Notes: a model not told the origin generated them from the letters alone. Shown: positions 12,816-26,885, counted from the whole stretch's first letter. The stretch is 63,804 bases of DNA, filler included, from Phoronis australis (GCA_002633005.1; 8 parts of 8 records of this genome joined end to end with filler, not necessarily neighbours in it); one strand, 5' to 3'. Made by a program: numbers and translations.

Positions 12816-15800
12816 CATAAAACTAAAACTGACACAAAAGCCCATGTCAACCATGTTCTTCAGGAAGATATATCTGCCAATTTTTGTGGGTGATTCTTCA
12901 AGCGGTTTGGCAGATAGTGAGATAAAAAGGCACGAAGATAATGAATAGTGGCCACTAAGCGATGCAGTATAGATCTAATCCGTCTGATATTGAGTTGGTA
13001 TCGGGGTTTTCCGTAGATAAGCCCACCCGATGAAACGCGTTTATTCCGAAAATTAGGCCAAATACACGCCCATGGGCGTTTATTTGGTGTTACAACTTTT
13101 GGTGTTAAGTGTCCAGATAGTGGGACGTTTATTTGGAAATTTTCCTCCTAAAAGCCCACTCAGCTGAGCGTCAACTTTTTGTCACTAATTCAGTTTTGTG
13201 GAGCATTTATCATGTATAAAAACGAACAAGGCGTTGGCGAGCTATGCATTTATTAACAAAAAATTTAAAAACGCAATTTTAAGTAAAATAGTGTCAAGTC
13301 CAGCAAAACAACGGCTATCCGTTTACACGCCCCCTTTTCCAAATAAACGCCGTTGCTAAAACGCCTTAAAATTTTTATTTTCCGAATACACGCCCATGAG
13401 CTTATGTACAGAAAACCTCGGTGCAGACTTCGGTTCCATAGAAACCTATTTACCAACTTTCATGAAGATCTATTCAGAAGCTAAATAAAAATGAATGAAA
13501 AGCTGAATTAGGCAAAACTTGACTTGCTGGAATTCTCGTCAAGGAACGCATAAATATCACCATCATCTTCATGTCAAAATAGCCAACTAAAACTCGAGGG
13601 GGAGGGCACGAACCTTACATCCTGGTACGCGTTTTCGTTAACGAACTTCAAAAAATAGAGCATGGTGGAGTGTTGGAAAGAGCCAAAATCCATCCAAGTC
13701 GAAGTGGCCATAACGGAGAGATATGGAGATTTAAAATGACGTGATTTATCCATTTTTTCAGTTGTTGTGTACCTAAATTAACTGGCACAGAAAAAATTAC
13801 TTAGGCCTACAGTACGATTTTCTGAAACGTACCTCAGCGAAATCGTCAAAGAAAAAAGCGCCACTTGCCACCTAAAACGGACAAAAACAACCAAAGCGCG
13901 CAACGCGTCGCTTACCTGAAAAAGTAATTCTTTCACTTGTTGTTTGTGGTTAAACATGTGATGTGTACCCATATTTTTGGTCGTGGCCCCCTACAACGGG
14001 CTACTACTTCAAATGACACATATATTTTGTCGATGTCAAAATTTAACTGCCCCACCGGTTCCCAGGGTTTCATGTTTTGTAATTTAAAATGATTGCATAA
14101 ACTTAGGAATAAATGCGAGTTACAGGCACTGCGTTCACAAAGAGTAAGAAAACAAAAACCCAGCGGCATACGATCACCTCGCTTTAACAATGCATTGTGC
14201 GCATTCCACATAACTAGTAGGCCACTTTTCAGATTGGTGCTTGGGCAATGAAAATAAGTGTAAGATTTCGGAATAGTGTAATATATATTGTACATGAGAA
14301 TTTCAAACGTTAACATGACTAGTTGTTCATACTATGGGAAAAGCAATAAGGGACACAGGCATTAGCGATGATAAACTCTTCAGTATAAATATTACACTTC
14401 ACAGGATGAGCAAAACATGCACTAAGCACTGTTGAGATAACCTACCGAAATCTTTTAAACTAACAATTATAAACTCTGCAATATAAACAATACACTTTAT
14501 ACAATGAACATGTAACAAATATACACACCCAAATAGTGTTACATGCAATCCCTGATGAGATCATCCATAAGTATGAATCCCTCCATGTAAACAATAACTC
14601 ACATGGTGAGCAAAATATTTAAAGTGGGACTTAACTACAACATAGGAACCTTCAAAATTTGTGTCATAGCAGTACAAGGTTCTACTACTTGACAAAACAC
14701 CATAAGTGATATAACTGCTGAGATCACTACCTTCACGAGGAAAAGTTATCAATATAATAATATGAAACATGGGTTTGAGCAAAGTACCGGTAGGTGCACA
14801 ATACTGCTATCCCTGGTGGAACCAGTCACTGAAAACCGCAATAAATTGCACACCTCACAAGATGACAATAATATGTATACAAGAATTTGCTTTTCAAGAT
14901 AACCATGTGGAAATGACAGGGTCATTGCAGAACTTGGTAAAAAATCTGCATTTCAGCCTAAAAAACAACCATTTTCAAAACCACACCAGGAGTCACTGAA
15001 TAAAAATACTAAAAAAGACAGTATGTAATTCACTTCATAGGATGCAAACAATAACTATCCTAAACTGAAAAGATCAGTCATCCAAGGCTTGAAGAATATT
15101 CAAAATAGATACACTGGTTAAGCAATAAACTAGAAACAACAATAACGGACACATGTCGCAATAAATACATCCCTAGTTTTATAGGAGTAAAACTAGCATT
15201 TCAAGCTCAACAATGCCCATACAACACATGCAGCTTAAACATTTCCAAAACCACACAGGCAATACTGGTGTGGTACATGAATGAGGTGCACATACTATGC
15301 ATTCGTACACATGTGAGTAGGACATTCTCACTGACCACAATGGTCAACAAAGCTGCATGCAGAATACTACCCTGCTGGCATCTCAAAGCATTTGATAAAC
15401 ATAGAACATTGGAAATGAGTGGAGAGCACACTAATAAATGCTCTGGTGGGGCCCTTAAATCCAGTAAGGTCATAAGCTGTTCAGCAGAAAAAAACAGCTT
15501 TTCAAACAAATTTCCAAACACAGTACAACACTTTCAAACACGATTAAGTGCCAAAAATACCAGAATTGATACCTGGGCCCTGTCATTGATCTTTTTACAG
15601 GAATTGGAACTCTAAATTACGTTTGTAATTTTGTACTCTACTTTTGTGCGAACTTAAGACAGGTGGCTATTATCTTATGCTCCTATTAGTGTTAGTTTAC
15701 AGTTGATAAACCCAAGAAGAATCCAGTACAATAAACTGGTATGTTATGAAATCCATTCTAGTTACTTCACGAAAAATAAGCAGAGCTTGGAATGAGCAAT

Positions 15801-15984
15801 AACAAAAACAGCGGAGAAATTTCCAGCTGATGTATGATACACAAAAAAATAGGCTTGGGTGATAGACATTTTTGGATGTAAAATTTACCTGAACTAAACA
15901 TTTAATAAAGTCGAAAAAAATCATAAAAAGACGAAATTGGAAATACAATCAGAGAAAATCGACACCAAAAAAAAGAATTCCTCT

Positions 15985-16009
15985 TAAAAGACGGAAATCC
16001 CAAGCCCTG
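15985..16009 (-). mobile_element. hAT-type terminal inverted repeat (right end)
   Basis: Reverse complement reads cagggcttgggatttccgtc and matches the left-end sequence cagggcttggaattttccgcgg at 17985. Confidence 0.5.
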
Positions 16010-16034
16010 ATCAAGTCTGTATTCTCCAGGCTTC

Positions 16035-16271
16035 AACGTGTACATAAATGCAACTGTCAAGCGGTATACCTTCTTAAAATTGTCATGGCGAGCTCTCTGA
16101 AATGTAAACAGTCACAGTTTTGGTGGTGTGATTTTAAAACTTCTGGTGCTGAAAACGTGTACATAAATGCAACTGTCAAGCGGTATACCTTCTTGAAATT
16201 GTCATGGCAAGCTCTCTGAAATGTAAACACTCACAGTTTTGGTGGTGTGATTTTAAAACTTCTGGTGCTGA
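16035..16271. repeat. Two-copy tandem duplication, 119-bp period
   Basis: aacgtgtacataaatgcaactgtcaagcgg...ttctggtgctga starts at 16035 and again at 16154 with only a few substitutions. Confidence 0.95.
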
Positions 16272-16670
16272 TGACCTTGTGCACGTGCAGTAGTGTACCA
16301 CAATTTACACTCATGTAGTCAGAAGGTCACATCACTGTTTGGAAGAGCAACATTTTTTAGAGGGATTGTTGAGTGTTGCTCAATGCTCAGGACTCAGGAG
16401 TATTGGGAAGCAGTTGAACGAATTAGAAACCAACGATGAAAACATTCATGAAAGAAACCAAACCCCATAAAACGCTTTAATGAGTGGTTCGAAAAAGAGG
16501 AGATAAAAGTACATGTGCACTGTCAAGCAAGAGCTGCATGATAGTAAGAAAAGGTTCAACAAGTAAAATACAGTTTACTCACTGGTAAATATTTAACTAA
16601 GCAATCAGGGTGTAGACTGGACTGGATTATTTTGTAAACAAAAGTCAAGAGTGAACAATAGGGCCAGGTG

Positions 16671-16770
16671 NNNNNNNNNNNNNNNNNNNNNNNNNNNNNN
16701 NNNNNNNNNNNNNNTTAATTAATTAANNNNNNNNNNNNNNNNNNNNNNNNNNNNNNNNNNNNNNNNNNNN
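16671..16770. other. Artificial 100-nt contig spacer N..TTAATTAATTAA..N (also 28223-28322, 45300-45399, 49048-49147, 53340-53439, 55494-55593, 61449-61548)
   Basis: Seven identical 100-nt spacers whose core places stop codons in all six frames. Confidence 0.97.
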
Positions 16771-17429
16771 CCAAATTTTAGAGGAGAATCCACTAGTGAT
16801 AGGATTCTGTAGGCTCCCAATATATTGCTAGTCTCTGCCTCTTGTCTTGGTTTTCTGTGAGCTGTAGCTGGTTGCTTCAGTTATCGTTACACTGTACTCC
16901 TTGGTAAACACTTGATGATTAGATACCTTAAGGGTGTGTACCATACTGCTGGTGTTGATGTATTGTACCCTTTGATTCAACTATAGTCATTCCTCAAGTT
17001 TAGTGTATTTAATTTGTGTGGCGACTGATTTCTGTTGGAAACTATTCTGAATGAGGAATAGAGTGCTTTTATGTGCTGAGAATATCAGAAGCCACCTGTG
17101 TCATATTTATACCTTTTCATTGGGTTACAAAATGACTTGTCTGAGTTTCTACCATCTACTTTGTCATTGACCATGCCTTCCTTTACTTATGCTCAGTAGT
17201 ATGACCTTTGACCTTAGCATCAATTCAAAAGAACTGATTCTTATGAAGACCAAATTCACCTGTGTGTGTATACAATATTAAAGTTTGACATATTCTAATA
17301 TACTCAAACATGAGCCTGGTCATCAAAATAATCACTGTTTTCATTTTTCTCCATTGTGCACTGTATTTTGAGTCAGCGATGTTATTATGCCATTATGCCA
17401 TGAATGTCACACGTCTAATGTGTTTGTAG

Positions 17430-17605
17430 ATGTCGAAAACTAGCAACATGCAGAACCGCCCCCTGCCAGCAACGCCAGTTGACGAGACAGATACGAATGG
17501 TCACGACCTTGAGGCAGACCTTCAACGTTATCAGAACGACAGTCCATTCCGCTTCGACAGGGATTACGAGTATGGCGGCTCCGCCTGCGGCACTCTACAG
17601 TCAAG
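17430..17605 (+). CDS. Coding exon of an unidentified gene (MSKTSNMQNRPLPATP...GTLQS), contains an SH3-ligand-like RPLPATP
   Basis: tttgtag acceptor directly before ATG, GC-richer composition than the flanks, AG|gtatgt donor in phase 2. Confidence 0.65.
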
Positions 17606-17984
17606 GTATGTGGCATGGCAATGAATGCATTATGGGAGACCCATTATTCCTGAGGTGGTGCTAGTGAACATAGACTCCTCTTGTTGCTATGTGAACAGAT
17701 TGAGAACAAAAAAAAAGTCGTTCACCTTTGACTGGCCATTTGTGACTAAATGCATGGTGATTTTTCAGGTTGGACTGTTGTTTCACTCTTTACTATCCTG
17801 TGAATTTCACTCTCCTCATTGGCATAAATATACTATAATTCTTGCAGTCGGGGGAAAAAAAACAAGTGATATAATTAGTATTTTTCTGTTTTTCGAAGGC
17901 TTAGTATGTCTGCAAATGCGTAAGCTTTGCCAAATCTTGTATGGTGTACTAAACAAAATAGTCTATATATGCATGAACTTGAAT

Positions 17985-18130
17985 CAGGGCTTGGAATTTT
18001 CCGCGGAAATGTGGATTTCCGCTTTTTTCAAATGTTCTGTCCGCGCATTTTATTATATTTCCGCGTAAAAAAAATTGGATTTGATATAAAATTTCCGCGG
18101 AAAATTCCTTTCTTACCGCGGCGTTGCCGA
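17985..18130 (+). mobile_element. hAT-type element left end with subterminal ttccgc(g) repeats
   Basis: CAGGGCTTGG terminus followed by repeated ttccgcg motifs; matching right end not located on this contig. Confidence 0.5.
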
Positions 18131-19721
18131 CGACGTTCACTTCGAAAAGCGGAAGTTGCTCTTTATGTTTCGGAGGAACGTAAATTGTCATCATTGCCGG
18201 GGCATCTGGGATAGCGTGGTGGGATTTTCAATGGCGTCTCGTGTGATTGTAAACCGCGGTGACAAATACTACTCTGCAGGGGGTGGGAGTGGATGGACGA
18301 GATAAAAAGACACAGACGCATGCTACTGGTGGTGGTAACGTTTTTTTTTCTTTTTTTTTAGTCCTACCGATTTTTGTCGCCGAAAGGTTCACATTGACTA
18401 TTCAAGGCTTCGTAGCGCGCATGTTTTGGGCCGTAAAAGTTTCCGCGTTTCTTGTCAATGGTCATTCCAAGCACTGTTGAATAGAGGACTCAAGTTTCAC
18501 CAGGTGGCGCTTGTGATGCAATAGCCCCACCTGCATAATTGCATTCAAGTAGCCAAATGGGAAGAACCTTATTCCATGAAGGTGTCGTGCTAGTGATTTT
18601 CCAAAAATAAGGCCGTGAAAAGAAAATTTTGTTTCTATTTGCCAACTGATGGAGGCTGATACTGGCCATAGAGGTCTTGCTAACCATGCTTCTTGTGTCT
18701 GTTTCAAGTCGCTAGTGTCTTTTTCAGTGGTTTTTTAGTGTCACTGGTTTTACAAAGAGTTCTTGTTTTCAGCCAACAGGTGTCACTTTGCTTAATTGTA
18801 ACTGTGCTATATTCTTGTGGTCTGTGCTTGTAGAGTTGCAATCTGTTATAAGCACTGTTGTGGCAGAAGTTTCCAGTTGTTGTAATGGGTGTGCTGGTCT
18901 GTTGAGAGATTTTGTAAAGCCCAAAAGGTGTCGCTTTGGTATGGGAAAGTGAGGTACCTGATACACATCCTGTGAGATGATTTGTCCAATTTGTCGTGTA
19001 TTATTTTGGTATAGTCAACATGTGTGATGTTTTCTTAACTTTCAATTCATTCAAGTTTACCAGACCAGTGCAATAGAGCTTGTGTTTAGAAAATTTTAAT
19101 TTTATGTAGTTTTTGTGGCTTTCAACCAGAAATGTTAGTAAGAGAAAAAAAAGCTATGAGAAAGACCGCTCCTGTTTCCTTTTCATGCATAGATAGAATA
19201 TTTCCTACAAAAGTACACCATGATCTGTCAACATGTTTGACAATTGATATCTTTTTCAGGTGTTAATTTGTTATTAGTTGTTAGCCTGTTCAGACACATA
19301 CCATGTGGTTTGCATTTTGCTTTGTATGTGTGTAACCAGTTGCAGGCTTCAAAGTCTCAAGATCTCTGCATGCTTAACTTTTGCCTTAAAGCACAACCTA
19401 AGTAAGTGGAATATATGTTGGTTTAAGTTAGAAGGACCATCATGCTTGAGCTGGGGAGCTAAGGTTTGTAAGGAAACCTTTCACATCATAGCTTTGCCTG
19501 TTTGTTTTAACTTATTGAATGTGAGTGTTTGTTGTGTGAGGGTGTGGGGTTGTTCATGATAATATATATCATATGCTGTAAGGGAATTATCTCCCTTTGT
19601 GAAATATTTATAAAAGTTGTCTCTTCATGTTGTGTAGAATAGTTTCTATGTTTTAAAATTCTTTGATTCATTCTCATGCGCCAGCTACACCAGTTGGTTT
19701 GATAGCTGCATCTGAGTTTAA

Positions 19722-21362
19722 AAGGGGACTGTAGTCAAAATAATGTTGCAGTTAATCGGTTCTAACATACAAATAAAACTCACATTTGCCCGACTTGCGT
19801 GCCAAACAAAAGCCAATTCGTATTCATGGTCAAAACACTGAATTCTGAAAGCGATCGCTGATTGGCTGATGTGTCAGTGACGTGAACGGCGGGGTATCGG
19901 CTGCTTTGCACATTCATTGCTTATGTCATATTTGAAGAGTTTACATCGTAATTTATCATTGTATCAATCGTCCTTATTTTTTTATTGTTTGCCACAGTGC
20001 TGTAAAAGGTTCGCTATGCCTTTTTGTATGGCACCTGGTTGCTCAAACTCTTCGAAAAAGGCGTCTTCTAAAGCGATGGTCATCGCATACCATCGCCGGG
20101 TTACCCAAGCCTTGGCCCAAAGCTCAGTGTATACTAGATATAGGCCTACAGGTTTAAGCCGATATGGGTAAAAAATGTACAAATAAAATCTGACTCAAAT
20201 AAATGTCATTAAAACTAAGTCATCCTTGAGTAAACCTAGGAAACAGGTTCCTAGAGTAAACTAACTTCTGTATTTACCGGTGTTGGAAATGTTAGCGATC
20301 GTTCATCGGCTGGTGCTAGTAAAATTGTGATGTGTTTTCTTGAGTCGGCTTTTTGCGATTACGTCACCTGACCTTTACCAGTTTCTTTTCCCCCTGATTC
20401 TTTTATCATGTGTTCGTCGCTGACGGTACCTAGGTTGCGTACATGTTATAACAAATTATCGGAGCTTGTTTCATTTTGTTTCAAGTTTTTAGTATTTTTA
20501 CACCAGCAAACCGAATTTTAGAACAACCTTGGTGCTGCGAAGCTGTTATGATGTCCCGAAAGACGTCTCAAATTTTTATGAAATGGCGCGTGCGCCGTGT
20601 CACGAGCGTGCTGTTCTTGAAACGGACAACACACTTCTTTGTTAAAAAGGCGGCAAATTATGCTACCAAAGGACGTTTATTTGATTGTTTTCCACTTAAA
20701 CGGCTGCAACGAACAATGGAAGTGTCGGGTGACTATATCAGATTTTGCATGCGCCCCCGCCGGTCCGTTAGCTTTATATGTTGATGTAGCCTAAGTTTTA
20801 CGACGAGGTGACGAGCATAACTGAGTCAACTATACCCGGGTAGTCAACGGCTGTCTGAAATTTCGGGGTTAACGGAGCTCAACACACAGTGGTACGATAG
20901 TCTTCATACAGGTACAGTCGGTAACTTACCAACCCTTCAAGTTTACAGAGCTGCCGGAGTATTGGCTGACAACTGGCTGACTGGATGGCTAGAGTCCACA
21001 TTGCCCTCGGCACAGTCACTGACACCAGTTACACCGGCAAATTTTCGTCTGACGATGACGATGACTAGGTATCACTTTGTGTTGCCTCGGCTCAAACAGG
21101 TATCCCTTGTGACCCGAAATTTCACACTAAAATTTCTTATTCCGACAATACAAAAAACGCTACTTGATTGCACGCTAACACAGGACAGTGACTTTGCCCC
21201 CGCCAAATACGTCACGAGACTAAGCAGCGCTCCAAGCCGGTAATTTTTTGAGCTTCGTTAGAGAACATAAGTTTAATTTTTGGTGTTGAATTATTTGTGA
21301 AATTAATCAACAATTCATAGAAAACTATCCAGAATTTATTCAGAATAAAATACAGTTCCCTT
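19722..21362 (+). mobile_element. Non-autonomous Kolobok-type DNA transposon with a THAP N-terminal remnant
   Basis: TTAA on both flanks (19718-19721, 21363-21366); imperfect TIR aaggggactgta / tacagttccctt; ATG at 20016 reads MPFCMAPGCSN..IAYHR (THAP CxxxxC start). Internal 20640-20720 resembles 44245-44320. Confidence 0.7.
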
Positions 21363-22172
21363 TTAACTGTCGGCCCTTACATTTTTGATGATATCTTTGA
21401 ATTAGAGCATTAAGGTTATCTATAGAGCAGACAATGAACTGTTATATGAAAAAAAATCCAGCCAAAAGTGACTGTGGATATCTGTTTAAAGCGAAATGAA
21501 GAATATGTCCTTTTGCTGTTATTTTTCAATTTTCCTTCTCAGAATTACCAAGTGCTACCATGAGGTATGGACACGCACGGTAGAGGTCATATAAGAACTA
21601 GTCTTCTTCCATCATTTTGTTCGCAGAAAATGTTTATGCCTGGTTACCCGTGGTTACCCGTGGTTATGAGATAGTATATGGTAAAATCTCACCAATTTCA
21701 AACAAAGATAATTACCAATATTTTCCAAAGACTTCTAATATTTCAAATGATCACAGTTTCTCTAAACATTGCCCGGAAGTAGCCATAATATACAGCCTCA
21801 GGTTCAACAAGCCTTTGGTGAACAATGAAAAATTCAAGTTTTACTTGTCTGTAACATTGTGTCCTAAATTGGTGAGATGTTTTAATACTTTCAGACTTCA
21901 GTCTGCGAGTTCTGTTGAAGTGGAGTGCTTACGATGCTCACCATTTCTGTGAGACGTGTGTCACGTTTATTGATTCTGAGGTGTTGCTCTCTGACAGGAA
22001 GAAACTGGTTGAATTGAATGAGGGTGAATGACCTGTTCTTTTCAATAGTCTGGCATCCAGCAAATTACAACATTGAGAACGAAATTATGATATTTACTAT
22101 GTACACGCTGCATAGTTTTGATAACTGTGAAATATTTGCGTACATCAACAGTTCACGCTTGGCAACAAAACA

Positions 22173-22360
22173 TACCGTAATCGTTCGGGTTAACGCCCAT
22201 GCTCAGTTAACCGCCCACCCCCTACTTTAGGTGAATTTCGATTTAACCGCCCACTGCTCGGTTAACCGCCCCCCTGCTATTTTTGAAGATTTCCAATTAA
22301 CCGCCCACTGCTCGGTTAACCGCCCATCCCCTACTTTTGCCGATTGGTGATTACCGCCCT
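22173..22360 (+). mobile_element. Tc1/mariner (pogo/Tigger-like) MITE end with subterminal repeats
   Basis: TA-CCGTA terminus followed by repeated ttaaccgccc(actgctcgg) units. Confidence 0.5.
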
Positions 22361-25300
22361 GTGCTAATAGGAAACGCGAATCCCCGACCTTTTAGATTAA
22401 GATCGATGATAACATTGAGTGCAACGACGGCCTCAGAGACCGCGGTTTAGCAATGTGAATTATGATACCAGTAACAAATTATTGTAACGGGTCATCGATT
22501 AACTTCAAAATGTAATACTTGAACACTTTGTCACTTTCTTTTCTTCTCATGTTCGCAAACTTTAGGAACCGCGCTGGCGTCTACACNTCCACAGACTTTC
22601 TATTTTTAGAAAATTCAATTTTGCTGAGTTAAGTGTTTTAGTTTTAAAGATACTTAGATGAATGCACAGGCTTGTTGATAAGGTCCTACATACTCTTGAA
22701 TTCAACTTATCTCCCCAACGTTGTAAACGCTTGTTTTGATTTTTTAATTAGAAGACCTCTGTTAGTCATTTCTATTTTAGTATCTCGGTATTCAACTGAG
22801 CTTCCTTTGAAATGTCTGCTGTTCAGTATCAAGTGTTAGTTAAATGCTGTAGGGGTGGGAGTTGTTACATATTTTCTTAATGGACGACTGTGTCCTAATT
22901 ACGTCGAGAGCTCATCTGCATCAAGTGGCTCCACCTCTAGGGTTTCCCTCGGGCATTTGTCCGACACCTGTACCTATGTTCCAAATTGTGATAATCTCTG
23001 CCAACAATTCACCTGGAGAACCGGCATTGGCTTGCAGATTAGTTGATCCATCCAAAGACGATTGACTTGTTGAGCTATGAGAATGGTGCTCTTGAATTTC
23101 AAGTATTTAGGATCAGCTGGGAAAGGGAGAGCTGAGAATGTACTTAAGCTGTGAAGTGTGGTTTGACTGGCATTTGAGTTTCAGCTGACCGTTACTTCAC
23201 AGGGTTTTGATGGGCAAAATAAGCAGCTCAAAAATGTTACGTTTGTTCCTTGTGATTTGGTTAGTCAGTGTGAAATCCGTAGTTTTCTTTAACTTCATTG
23301 GAAATTTAGCTTTAAAATTTTCTTTTGTCTTCCATACCTGCAGCTGGTTTGGTTTACTTCAGAGTGTTTTTGCGCCATGCACGACTACATTTAATGTCTA
23401 ATTTGTTTTTAGAGAGTGACTCATAAAGTCTTTTTGTAAAATGCTTATCCCATGTGTAAAATTCCCAAATGTGGCGGAGTCATTGAAATGTGTCAAAATA
23501 CGCATACTGTGTCGCAGGAATGCCTGCTTTGTATGGAATTCTGTATTTCTTCAAAATTTATAGAGCCCCGAAATGGGTGCTCCTATGTAAAAATACAAGA
23601 AAAACGTCCACAAAGGCCTAAATAGTAGGTTATGAGGACATCAGCTTGATGTAAGCTATGTTTTGCCAAGTTCATGCCGAGTTTTTCTGAAGGTTCATGC
23701 ATCACCTTACAAAACTGTATGTTGTTAAATTGCTGTACAGTTTGCTAATCACCAAGCACATGATCTTTATAGACTTCCAGGCATTACCATTTGTACCTTT
23801 TGTTTACCAAATAATAGCCCAACTAAGTCGGAAACATCCAACTTTTTTCAGTGTAACGAGAGAACTCAACAACTTCTGCATGGTCCAGTGTGACTTAATT
23901 TTTTTTCACCAAGATACGCTGAGCTGTTGACGACAAAATGTAAAACACGTTGTGTATATTTCCTGGCACTGGATTGTTGTTCAAGTGATTTGAACGTCCC
24001 ACAGCAGTGGTAACAGGAAGGCACGGTGGCAGTAACAAAATTTAACTAATGCCGTAAAATTTCATTACTTTTTAAAGCAGGTTTAAAAATCTTTGTCCGT
24101 GCTACATGTGAACATATGTCCTAATAGTCTCTTGCTGTAAAATGTCACCAATTAAGGACACAATATGGCCGATTGCGGGTGACTGATGGGAGTTTTATTT
24201 TCTTATTTTTTCACATAAAAAGATATCAACACAAAATAATGCTTGCTTTACCATGCTCAGGTTTTGTATGATGTTTACTATCACACAAATTTTTGAAAAC
24301 TTTTGGCTACTCACGGCAATGTAAGAATACCTTGAAAAATGAGAAAAAGGCAGTTTTGGTGATTATTTTTTGTCTGGAATTGCTGGGGACTACTTATTTA
24401 ACTGGGTCGCTGCGATATCTGCGAAACGCTGTCATATGAAATATTATAGGCACACATGAATGGGTAATGTGACCATCCAGTTGGGCAATTAGAGATATTA
24501 TGAGTATTATGACAGACATGCCGAATCACCTGTGTGTTTTCCTAGCATTTGATGCTAAGTGTCTGTTGTGTTTATCTGACATTTCTCTCTCTCCCAATAA
24601 TTGGACTTTGGCTCTGGCGGGATTTAGATTGTAAGAGTAATGTACACACGGTTGAGGTTTAGGAAATGTTTTTGACATCATTTAGACAGTTTATCAGGCA
24701 TTTTGTTTACGCACTTATAAGAAGCCATGTAGTTAGCAGGTTTAATGTTATTAAAAGTTGGATTTAACCAATCTTTGATTGCATCAGTGCACTTTATTTT
24801 TCATTGTATATTAAATGTTACAACAATGTTGAATTATGGAATTAAAATATGCAGCTACTCTACCTTTTAAGATCCTTGACATTTTGAAGTATTTATGTGT
24901 CAAAATAATGAAATGAAAAGTATGACTAAAATTTCAGAATTTTATTACAATATTAATATGATGGTGCGAGAGAGGAAGAAAAAGTTAATGTTTTAACACT
25001 TTGTGCAAAACTGTAAATGGTTGTTCATAAATAGAGATTACATTGGGGCCAGGTATGTCAACTATTTCATAACCTTTTGTCACTGCTCTAGCTCTTTTGT
25101 GCACCTTTCCTAGAAGCCAAGCAGTGTAGGTGCTAGTGACGATAATTTTCAAATAAAATCAGCTTTGGCAGGTGCCAAAACAATATTAAACCCAGGCATG
25201 AAACATCTGTGTAGAACAGTTCAGGCACCGAGTAGCCATTCGGCTTCACATGCGTAGTTTACCTCTGCAAGAAAATAATGCTCTCAACAATTTAACCAAC

Positions 25301-25721
25301 TTTCCTGGTGGGGCATCAACTGTCAAAAAAAGCAGTTTGAAATTTCTCTCTTTCATTCTGTGATTGTCATTCCTCTCTTGTCCAACATGGTTGAACACCT
25401 CTCAGGCCTTCACTGACACTTGAACCTTGGGGAGATAACGGCATTGGCCAGTGGTAGTCACATGACCGTTTCATCACAGGTCAGTTGACCTATGAAAGAA
25501 TGTTTGTATATAACCTCCAGTATGCTTGGCATTTTACTCCATTCATGCTGTCAGTGAAGGCAACAAAGTACTAGGAGCTGTTAGATAAACCGAATTGTGT
25601 GTGAGAGAGAGAAAGGGAAACGAAATTACTCGTCATTGATCCTGAATTGAGAATCTGCGAATTGTTTTACCAGCAAGACCGTGGTTGAAGGTGGATCTAG
25701 TGTGTTACATACTGTTTGGAG

Positions 25722-25792
25722 ATGTGTCTAGTAATGCGCAAGCATCGGAAGCTAAAGATTGGGTATCTTGACATGCAGGCTATTCCTAACAG
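25722..25792 (+). CDS. Candidate alternative first coding exon (MCLVMRKHRKLKIGYLDMQAIPN)
   Basis: ATG-initiated open frame ending at AG|gtaaat in phase 2, the same phase as the 17430 exon. Confidence 0.4.
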
Positions 25793-26844
25793 GTAAATAA
25801 GGTGTCTAATGTATCTAGTGAGTTTGAATGCCCGAACCATTCAGGTGTGAAGGTTTTATGGCGAGAAGAATGGGGTTCATGTATCTTCTAAAAGTGTCAA
25901 TGGTTGTGTGAAGTAGGTTTTAAGTTTGATAGAATTTGATGGCCTAATTTGAATTGTGGGGGCCAAGAAAATTTGGGGATTAATGAGGATTTAAGTATGA
26001 CCGAGTGCATTTCAGTGAATCAATTGAGTTTGGGTTGGACTACTAGTTATGTTACTACAAAACTATGAATTTATCAATCTATTGTGATAGAAAAAGAGCT
26101 TCGCTTTGGGGTTTCTACTCTGTTTGATCTCTACATTCCGACTGTGTGTCCACTGCTTACTGTTCTGTTTGTCATCTTTCCATTATTTTACTCACATGTA
26201 CATTGTTAGTCAGACTGTGCCCGATGGTTTTGAAGCGATTTTAGGTTAAGAAATAATTGGCAGCCTGTAAAGATTTATTGATGAAACGAGCAATTTATGT
26301 GATGATAATAAAAGTGTCTTGCAAGAGTTCTAGCCATTGATGGCCGAGCACTTAGCTAAATTAACATTCGCTATGCAGGTAATTGAAATTTCATTCTGAG
26401 ATGCCACTAAATTGAAAATATCCATCAGAACAAATTGTATATTGTGGCATCATATCATGTATGTACTGGTTTTGTCGAAATCAAATTTCCTGCTAGGTTA
26501 TGTACATTATTATTGGTCAGCAGCCTGCTATTTAATTGCTGGTGGCAGAAGGTTCTCAGTTGCTCCCTATAATTATGTGTTAAATAATATCAAGGAATTT
26601 CATGGGGGCTGGGACTAATTATAAAGGCTCCTGGCACCATGCTAGTATATGTGAATGAGGATTTGCAGTGTAATCAGAGGTGTGTGCTCTCAATAATTAG
26701 AGGGGTTTCCACTTTTTGTTTGGTCGATTCCTTCCATTCCTGCATTAAAAAACAAAAAAACAAGGTGTATTGTTTTTCTATGTTATTCTTAAGTTTCAGT
26801 GGTGAACATTTGTTGTAATGTCGTCATTTGGTTTCATTGAATTG

Positions 26845-26885
26845 ATGAACTTTCTTCTCGCCCAGAAGGTTGGTGATGTTTTAAA
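26845..26885 (+). CDS. Candidate alternative first coding exon (MNFLLAQKVGDVL)
   Basis: ATG-initiated frame ending at a consensus gtaagt donor in phase 2. Confidence 0.35.

Noticed and set aside
12515-12948. His/Thr-rich and Cys/Val-rich ORFs
   Set aside because: Translations of the (CA)n microsatellite
16671-16770. Regularly recurring TTAATTAATTAA palindrome as a biological repeat or CRISPR-like unit
   Set aside because: Always centred in exactly 100 nt of N; it is an artificial six-frame-stop contig linker
17430-17605. This exon as the first exon of the TIR adaptor
   Set aside because: It ends in phase 2 while exon 38077 needs phase 1, it lies on another contig, and a compatible first exon exists at 34267-34303
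22855-23065. Two overlapping short ORFs in a slightly GC-richer patch
   Set aside because: No recognisable domain and no convincing splice-site pair
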